This document shows, in pieces, positions 55,322 through 64,000 of a DNA stretch of 64,000 nt. The stretch lies in the NCBI GenBank assembly GCA_964106915.2, contig OZ066925.1; one strand, 5' to 3'. Under the pieces are notes generated by a model, which was not told the DNA's origin, made no database searches, and saw nothing but the letters and a program-made list of their open reading frames with translations. Position numbers and translations under genes: made by a program. Position 1 is the first letter of the stretch. Each line of letters begins with the position of its first letter. This DNA is from Podarcis gaigeae. Taxonomy: Eukaryota.

Positions 55322-56918
55322 GAGAGAGATTGAATGGGAACCCTACTTCATGGTCGTTGTTGTTGTTGCTGTTGTGTTGTTGGTCTTTTTTTCCTTTTTT
55401 GGGGGGGGACCCCAACTACTTCTTTTCCTGACCTTCGAGAATCTTACGCTGGATGCTGGTCCCGCCCCTCATCACGTCCGATTTGATTTTGATTTTTTTT
55501 TTTTTTTTATGGTGTGGGGGAATTCTGGTTTATTCTATTTTTGGAGGACGACGAAAATAAAACCGGATTACTATTTTCTTTGCCATGAAAACCCATCGTG
55601 GGGGGAAGGGAGGGGGGACGACGACGAGGAGGACGAAAGAGGTCTAACATTCCACAGACTACTTCAGGCGAAAGTTTTCCAAGTTTATTAAAAACACACA
55701 CACCACACAACAAACAAAAAAAACCACCTCAGTGGAATCTGCTAAAGCTGGAACACTTTACTGTCTCAAAATGCTAGTAATGCATCCGGTACCTCAATTC
55801 CAACTGCTACAAATAAATGTTTGGTTTATTTTTTTTTTATTTTTAAGTTGAATGATATCAATTCGAATGAGCCATTAACGTGTAAATGCACTAGATTTCG
55901 AATTCAGGAAGTCTAAATGTTCAGTTCCGTACAAGGTTTTTTGTTTCGTTTTGTTTTCAGCGAGAGGTTGCACAGGGAGAATTCACTATCCTTCTGCTGG
56001 GAATACCTTCTACTTTATTGCAGAGGGTTCATTGTTATGTTTTAATTCCCCACCTGTCCTTTCCACAAAAGCAGTTGCACTCTGCAGTTGGGAGTGTGCG
56101 CGTGTCTCGGGTCACCAGTGGGAGAGTTGGAATTAGATGGTCAGGCATTTTTTTAGGACGAAAAAAAGAGAGACTAAAAAAGGACATGCCACTCTTTGCC
56201 TTCTCGTTTCACCTTGAACCCTTCAGGTTGGCCACGATTGCCTATCTTGGCTACAATACTCAACCCAGCCAAACCATTTGCTCGGAAGCTGCTCTAACCC
56301 CACGTTCAATGGGATTTGCCTCCAAGTAAATTTTACTCTCAAGGAGGGGGCCTTCCAATCATTAGGTTTTGTTGTGGGACTGGGTTGGAGCTCTGTTTCT
56401 AATGGAAGGTTTGCAGGTGTGTGTGTGGGGGGGGGGATGTTCTCAAAATCTGGTCCTTCCAGATTTGCAAAGTCAGGAAAAAATGTTAGGTTCTCACACT
56501 CCCGTTGGAGGGAATCGGAAGGAAATGCAGTCACATTCAGCATGCTAAGTGCAACAGAGGCCCCAGTGGAAGGGATATTATCAATGAAGAACCCCATACT
56601 CTTGGTGGCTACTTTGGCACCTAAACTCAGGCTTTTTAAACCAGGACTTGTCACTGTTTTCTTTACATCTCTGGGGGAAAAAGAGGACTTTTCCCAACCA
56701 CCCTATCTTTGTAGCAGGATCATTTTCTACTGCACGTGACAATCAGAGGCAATTGTCTATATTTGCACTTAAACCTCGACAGAGTTGAAGCAGGCAGACT
56801 TCTAGAGTCGAGCCTTTGGTAAGACATACTGGTGTAATATGTTGTGATGATGGAAGCAGTAAATCAAAATGATGGAAATTTGCACTGTTGGAAAAAGCAT
56901 GCTTTAGCTTTATTTTCA

Positions 56919-56924
56919 ATTAAA
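56919..56924 (+). terminator. Candidate distal SKIDA1 polyadenylation signal (ATTAAA); a proximal AATAAA lies at 55812-55817
   Basis: Hexamers followed by T/GT-rich sequence. Confidence 0.4.
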
Positions 56925-59900
56925 ACACTGTTTTAAAAAAAGCGATGATGATTTTATACTTATTGTAGGGTTCCTCGTTCGTTTCTGACTCTTTTGAGAG
57001 AAGGAATGTCTTGTTATCTGTGTGAGAGAAAAGTGTAGGGATTTGATTGGAAGGACTTCTGCTTCCAGAGGCTGGTTGCTGTTTCTTTATAAAACTGTGA
57101 TATAAAAACAAACAAGTGGGAGGCAGTTGTCAGTGCTGTTGCATGTTGGTGGAAGACAGCAGGGAAGGGAAGCTAAATAGATTTTAGCCGAAAGTTTAAA
57201 GAGTTGCTGAATCAGCACTTTGGGATTGACTGCCAGCTCCTGGGCAATTTCTTTCTCGCCAATTTAGCATTTATATGCCAACAGATTCTCTTTCTAAATT
57301 CAAATTCTCAAGGATTTCACCTATAGAAGAATCTCAACATAAAGATTTCTACTAAATCACAAAAGAAATCAGCATTTGAAATGTTTCGCCCTGGGCCTCA
57401 GAGCCAATGTTTTTAAGATGGAAATCCTTGGCTTGTTTTGTTGTTCTTCCTGCCCCTGGTGATAACGCCCCCCCTCTAAATCTTCCAAGCAGACATTAGC
57501 TAATTTGATCTTCTTTTAAAACACATGGAGAGAGAAATAAATGAGTAAGGGTTTTCCACTCCTTGTAAGAAATACCTGCAGGATATATGTGTGTGTGTTG
57601 TGTATATGCACACATAACAGATATACACATACATTTTTCACGTCAGGTCGGGCAGTTGCAATCATCAGTTATGGTGGTATATTACTTATTTAACTTGCTC
57701 TGTTAAAATCTGATGGTCTCAAAATGGGGGAAGGAGATATGTTGCTATAGGCTAGTCTGTGTCTGGAGCTGCACAAATTACAGCCTTATGTCACTCCAAA
57801 AGGCCATACTTAGTTTGCGAAAGTCTCCCAGCCTCAGGCACCCACTCTGGCTTCTTTAGCAATTGGTGATTTGCCAATGCTCCCCCCCACTCCACTATTA
57901 TTCATGGCAAAATCATCCTGCCATTAGAGGCTGAGTTCCAGAGCTATCCACCTCCACCCCCTGTGTCAAACATGCCTCTGCCCATCCCAAAGTGGCCTCT
58001 TCTCCACTCCATGGGGCCTGCAGGCTCATCACCACTTTGGCCCTGCCATAGAAAATGGCAGAGAGAGAACAGGGGAAGTTTTTCAACCCTGATGGGGACT
58101 GAAGCACCACATTGTTGACTCTGTGGTACTTTCAGATGTTTGAGACACTGTTTTTATTTTTAATTGTGCTTTGTTGGCACCTCAGCCCTTGTAGCTTTCA
58201 GAGAGTTACTCGATAGCTGCACTTTCCAGAAGCTGCAGAATGAACAGTGTTGAGCCAAAGGCTTCGTAAGGCGTAGCTTTTTAGCCCAGTTTTGTCCAAA
58301 GAATTGCACTGGAGGCAGGGGGCAGGAGAGAAACCAATCCACCAAATAATACTCCAAAATCCTAAATATAATCACATGTCCATCTCACTTCAAGACCGAC
58401 AGGAAGACCTATTGCTTGATGGTTGGCAGTGAAAGCTGATTTTGTTTTTTGAGGGGAGGGGGGAGATGCAAGGAGAAAGAGGGAGGCCTGCAATTCTGCT
58501 AGGTATTTTCCTTTGTACAAATTAACAATTCCAACTGGTCCAGTGGATTCTTATTAGAGTATGACTGATGGTCAAACTCCATATACACAACCCAGTTAAA
58601 TTGCTTCAGAGCAATCCCATTGCCTTTAGCTGGAATGCCTTGGAGCACATGGCTTGTGGTGTTCAGCACAAATTGTTGGGTTTAGGAATGTCTCTTTGTC
58701 GTCTTTGTAAAATACCTTTTAGTAAGCAACAGTGGACATATATAATTTTTCAATTTAACCTGAAATGAAAGAGAAATTCTATTTCCCATTTGATATAGCT
58801 CTACAGACTTTCCAGTTCATAGGGCTAAAGCAAACCAAACCACAACAAAAATCTGGCAATAAAAAAAAAATACCCCGACAAATATTATTAATCTATGAAG
58901 CATATAACAGAGTTGCTCTTAAGTTATTGAGAAATGTGTTGAGAAGTGTTCGCCCCCTGCTCTTGGAGACAAAGGAAACGATGGACTATATATCTAGCAT
59001 TCAAAAGGCAACATGTGTAAATGCCTTTCAGCAAAACCAGGTCTATTGCCTTAAATGATGTAACACAGAGTTTACAACCCTTTACTCTGAAAAGGGATTG
59101 TCTCTATAAGTCCACCCATACTTAACTACAGTGGCAACACAAAATAAAAATGGGGGGGGGGAGAAATCTCACAGCTGGTTGTTTATTCTAAACACCACTA
59201 TGCAGTAATAAAGGAAAGTCCTGCTGTCTGTTGTATGAAGACTGTTGTTCAATCATCCCCTTGGCAATTTACAAAAGGGGACGATGCTCTATCAGATTTA
59301 GTTGCCAATAAATTTAAGTTTCTGCAGAAAGAAGAGAAATGCGATGTTTTGGTTTCACTTTACACGTGTAAGTGTGCTTAGAGGAGCTGTATTCAAAAGT
59401 GGCCTTTTGGAGGAAAAAAACAGATACAACACAGGAAGTGCTGCTCGCTGTGGTTTTTTTACGGTTAAGATGCTTTGCGTTGTAGGGGAAAAAAAAGTTC
59501 ACGATTTAACTGCAAATCCGTTGGGGTAGCAGAAACTTTCCTAAAGAGTAGAAGCTTATAGAACAATTTTCCTTTCCAATAGAAGCAGGACAAAGAGCGG
59601 GAATCTACCTTGTTAAATCGCCCTTGCAAACATCAGGCACTGGCAAAATCTCCTCCTAGGGATTCCAACAACAAGCGTGTTTAATAAAAATACGATTGAG
59701 GGGAGAACTGGGCGGGGGGATCATGGGCTTTTCTTAGCCCTGACTAAGGCAAGGATTTTACCTCCCCCCTCCGCATTTTTGCTAAACGAAGGGCAATTCC
59801 CAAATATCTGTCATATGTGTATATATGTGTGTATGCATATACATATATATGCAGGCACACAGATATCTACACAGACACTCTCTCTCTTTCTCTCTATATA

Positions 59901-59949
59901 TATATGTTGGAGTTAGTTTGTGCGTGTGTCTATTCCAATATAATTATTT

Positions 59950-61399
59950 GCGTTGCCCTGGCTTCCCCCTCCCTTCTCTTCTCTCCCTCTCCTTTTCAAT
60001 CTGAGGCGGCCTCACAAGCCCCAGCGTTAAAAGGCCCGAGATGTTTTGCATGAAGCTCTCACAATAGGGGTTGAGAGAATTGACAGTTTCAAAAACAAGG
60101 CGCTCTGTCCTTTCCAGATGCCGAGACCACCTCCCTCCCTCCCTCTCTCCGTCCCCCTGCTCTCTCTCCCCCCCTCCTTTGCCTGCACCTTCTCTCGCGG
60201 CTGGTGGCTTTTAGGGTGCTTTGCAAATCTACGACAACAGCTGTGTTTGTAAACAGGGCTGGGAATTTGGGTGGGAAGCCGGCGACGCTTCCCTGCTCTT
60301 CTTTTCCTCTTTGACGAGAGTGCCTGCGCAGCGCATATGCGCCAAGTCCGGGGGTCTCTGGTTTCCCCGTTTCACGATTCCTTCCTCGGGAAAGCGACTC
60401 TCCTGCTTTCCTGCGGGAGCATCGCAGGTTGCAAGGGAACCGGCGGACTCGGCGGTGGCCGGCGAGTGCCGTTTCCCCTCAGCTCCGTGGGCCAGGAGAG
60501 GTAGCCGGAGGCCTCTCCTGGTCGCCATCTTGCGCACTCGAAAACAAACTCCTTGTGGTGCTTCGCCCCAGCCGGCCTCTCCTGGTGTCGCCTGGCCTTT
60601 CTCTTCCTCTCCCCCCGACATGGGACCGACTCATTTAGGCGAGGCGGAAGGGCCGGCCCGGAGCCCCACTTCAAGGTGGCCTTTCTCTTTGCAGGAAGGA
60701 GGCGAGGGAAAGCCGAGTCGAGGGCCTGCGCCCACTCGGGCCTGGGCTCTCCACCGGCCGCTCTCCTTTTCCCTTTTGTCTCCTCTCGTCTCCCGCCTTC
60801 TCGCCTCTCCAGCTGCTCCAAAGCGGCTCCCCTTCCCGACTAGGCCTCGCTCCCACACCGGCCTTTTCCGGGTCGCCCGCCCTGAAAGAGAAGGTCCCCT
60901 CGGTCGCGCCCACCTTCCCGCGAAGGGGATTCAGAAGAGGGCTCCCCAATGGGGACCCTCGGGCCGGCTCTTCGTGCACCAGCAGAAAGGGCGCTGCTTG
61001 CCGCACAAATAAATAAATAGGGGACCTCCACAGGGCGCCTTGCAAAGCTCCGCGAGGGATTCGGCAGGGCTTGCGAATCTCTCTCAGGCCCGAGGTGACT
61101 TGGCGGCGCAAGGCCGCCTTCCACGCACCATCTCCCTTCTACCTCCCAGGGGACGGGCCCGGGCCTGAGCTCGCCGCTGCAGGGTTGGGAGCTGGGCTTC
61201 CGGGTCACAAGAGGCGACTCCCCGGCCCGCTTGAGCGCCAGCACCTTTGGATGGGGAAGGAATATGCTCGCAAGGAATATGGGGAAGCTCGGAGTGGTAG
61301 AGGGAAGGGTGGGGGTTGCAGTGTTTGGAGCGGATCGGCTCTCCGAGTCCATCCACTCTGCAATTTAAAACTGTTCCAAGGAAAACAGAGCTGGGTGGT

Positions 61400-61466
<67 letters not shown>

Positions 61467-63634
61467 GTGAGGTGAGGTGGGAGTTTTGAGACAATTGGCC
61501 AGTTGTGGCGATAGCTTCAGCCGAAAAGTGCACTCAAGGTTGTTTACTCTGGTGTTTGAAAATGCACTGGGAGGTTGTAAAGTGTGTGAAATTACGCACT
61601 GGTCTCTTAAAGAGTGCCTAATTTCTAGTAAATAGCCGGGCCTTTGTCAATGGCTTTATTATGTTGTTTCTTGTTAATTGTTGAGAAAATCCCCATTGTG
61701 CCGGGTGAATAGCTTTATGAGCTAACCTGGTCAGTGGTGAAATAAGGGGGCAGTAAATGGCCGCCTCGTTTTAAAGAGCCAAGGCTGGGATCGGCCATGG
61801 CCGAGCCGAAAGCAAGGAAGGAAATGGTTGGGCCCAGTTTTCTTTTTCCCTCCCGCTCCAAAGGTGCTGTTTGTTTAGGAAGGCCCGGAATGCAATACGT
61901 GGAACTTGATTCCATGCAGGACTAGACACACACATTTTAAGGGCAGATTTGCAATTCTGCAACTCCATAGATGCTCTTTGATGCAGCTTCCTGCAAAAGA
62001 TTCAGTTACAACTATTTTAGTCCTTTGCTGAAGGAGACATTTTGCAGCGACTTAACACCAAGCTAAGCCACATTTACTCGGAAGTAAGTCCCACACATTT
62101 CCTGTGTGAGCCCTCGCACGCACGCGCACACTATTTACTCTGGAGTAAGTTGCCTTGTAGTCAAGGAAGGCCGCTTCCGCTTCAGTGTGTTTAGGACTGA
62201 GGTGTAAACTGGGACCCACAGCCCAATTCGGGACCAATGTCGGTAGTGGGAAAAGGAGGCTGCGTTTTGCAAGAGCAAAACCACCCAACAGCTCTGAATC
62301 TCTCGGGGCTGAAAATGTTTCTTAGTTCACACATATAAGAAAACTAGAACAAATAATAACCACAAGGCCTCGGCCGTCTTTTCCAAGTTCCGAGTCCGAG
62401 GATTGCAGGGGTCCCTAAAGGAAAGAAACCGCACATTTCAGGGAGAGAGAAAACCGGAGAAATATTTAAATGGCAGCGGGGAACATGCACGAGGGTCTTT
62501 GATTTCTTTCCTTTGTTAAAAGCTCACAACAAACGCCCATCAAGTAAACGTGCGTGGCTCTTGGCGAACGCCTCCAGGAGATCGCAAAATACAAGCCACT
62601 TTAAAAAAAAAAAAAAGGACGGCGGAAAATAAATTGCCAAACATTGAGGAAAACGTGGCTATCTCCGTCCAGCATTCAGTTCTTTCAGCCAACTAATTTT
62701 TATGCTTTCTACTTTGTGTGTGTGCGTGTGTTATTGTTTAAAAAAAGATTTAAGTGGCTTTGTTTTTAGAGAAAGAAACTCAAGATGGGTAGGATTTATT
62801 TTATTTTTTGGGGGGGAAGGGGAGGGTTGTACCGTGAAAACTCCAGCAAGCTCTCCTGTCCCAAAGAGCTGCCGGCCAGTGAGAGCTTTTCACTATTTCT
62901 GGCTTTCAAAGGAAAATGAGAAGCCGGCCGACTCGAAAGAAGGAGCAGCAGCAGCAGCAGCTGATCCACCGACTCCGCGCGCCATTCCAGCCGCTCTCCC
63001 GGCGCACGTGTGTATGTATATTACAAAATACACATTGCGATGAAATGTACGTGCCTCCCTCTACTTTTATGGGGCTTTTCCTCTTGAGCCTCAAAACGCC
63101 CAAACTCGCTCGTTGTCTTCCGGACTCCTCCGGCAGCAGCAGCAACCGGCACTTGCTCGCCTCACCCCCACTAGACTGAGCGTTAAGATCTCATCTTCGG
63201 CCTGCCCCCCCCCGCAAGATCCGAGATAAAAGCGGCAGGAAAGAAGTTTAGACGCCGACGCTGCACGTTATTTACTTCGGCGGCCGTTTCCAACTGCTGA
63301 GAATGGGAGAGGCAGGCCGTGGAAAGATCGCAACACGCACAAAACCGCTTCCCCCGTCCCCTCTTTTTTTCTTTTTTTATTAGCACGCCCCAAGGAGAGT
63401 TGTGAGGCAGCGCGGCCCATTTCCCTCTAAACAGGATACTTCCATCAAGCTGCATTTCGTTTCCACTGCAACTGCTCTTCCCCAGCTCAGGGCGAAAGAT
63501 CTGCCCCCACAAGCCAGTTGGGAAAGCGCTGCTCAGAAATACTGGAGAGATAAACCATCCCATTTAAACTGTCGCTCGGGTCAGTTCACATCCCCCCCTC
63601 CCTTTGCATTTCAAACAGCCGTCCCTTTCGTTTT

Positions 63635-63687
<53 letters not shown>

Positions 63688-63750
63688 GCAAAACCGGTGG
63701 GGGAACAGCACCGTCACCGCTGCTACCTCTGCGGCGAATTCTATCCAGCA
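59950..63750. promoter_or_regulatory. Downstream CpG island(s) with no recognisable CDS
   Basis: High CpG; YY1-type CGCCATCTT at 60523-60531; palindrome GCGCATATGCGC at 60331-60342. Confidence 0.55.
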
Positions 63751-64000
63751 TCCTTGTAAATTGTGTGTGTGCAAAAGAGAGAATCTTAAGGGTTTTCTGT
63801 GTTGGTGAGGACCCCTTACGATATTCCAGTTTTGCTATAAATATTTGCAACTTAACAAAAAACAAAAAAAAACCACCATAAATGTGAATGCTGTTTATTT
63901 ACTCAGGGTCAGCATCGCTCAGCCAGATCCTCATTCATTTAGTCTTATAAACAAGCTTACTACCTAGCGAGGCTAAATCACAATGAGAGAGGGAGATGGG

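Noticed and set aside
60221-61012. 263-aa ORF
   Set aside because: Starts at TTG inside a CpG island, is Pro/Arg/Ala-rich and has no recognisable homology.

Overview
Vertebrate genomic DNA, most likely from a squamate and probably a lacertid lizard (inferred from Sauria and Squam3-type SINEs). It contains the head-to-head MLLT10 (AF10)-SKIDA1 locus. On the minus strand are six MLLT10 coding exons (29012 to 2165). They splice into 204 uninterrupted codons encoding the PHD-Zn knuckle-PHD (PZP) module, and the gene continues past the left edge. Its introns carry SINEs, CR1/L2 remnants, MITEs and a Penelope fragment. On the plus strand is the intronless SKIDA1 CDS (52718-55321, 867 aa), preceded by about 15 kb of CpG-island, microsatellite and probable conserved non-coding sequence and followed by another CpG island at about 60-63.7 kb. 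The best leads are: a decayed Penelope-type minimal hammerhead ribozyme; an 83-nt near-perfect intronic hairpin bounded by splice-site-like motifs; a splice/retention-dependent uORF switch at the MLLT10 start; uORFs and miRNA seed sites on SKIDA1; and PBX-HOX/HOX13 motifs between the two chromatin genes. No database searches were run. Family names come from recalled consensus sequences.
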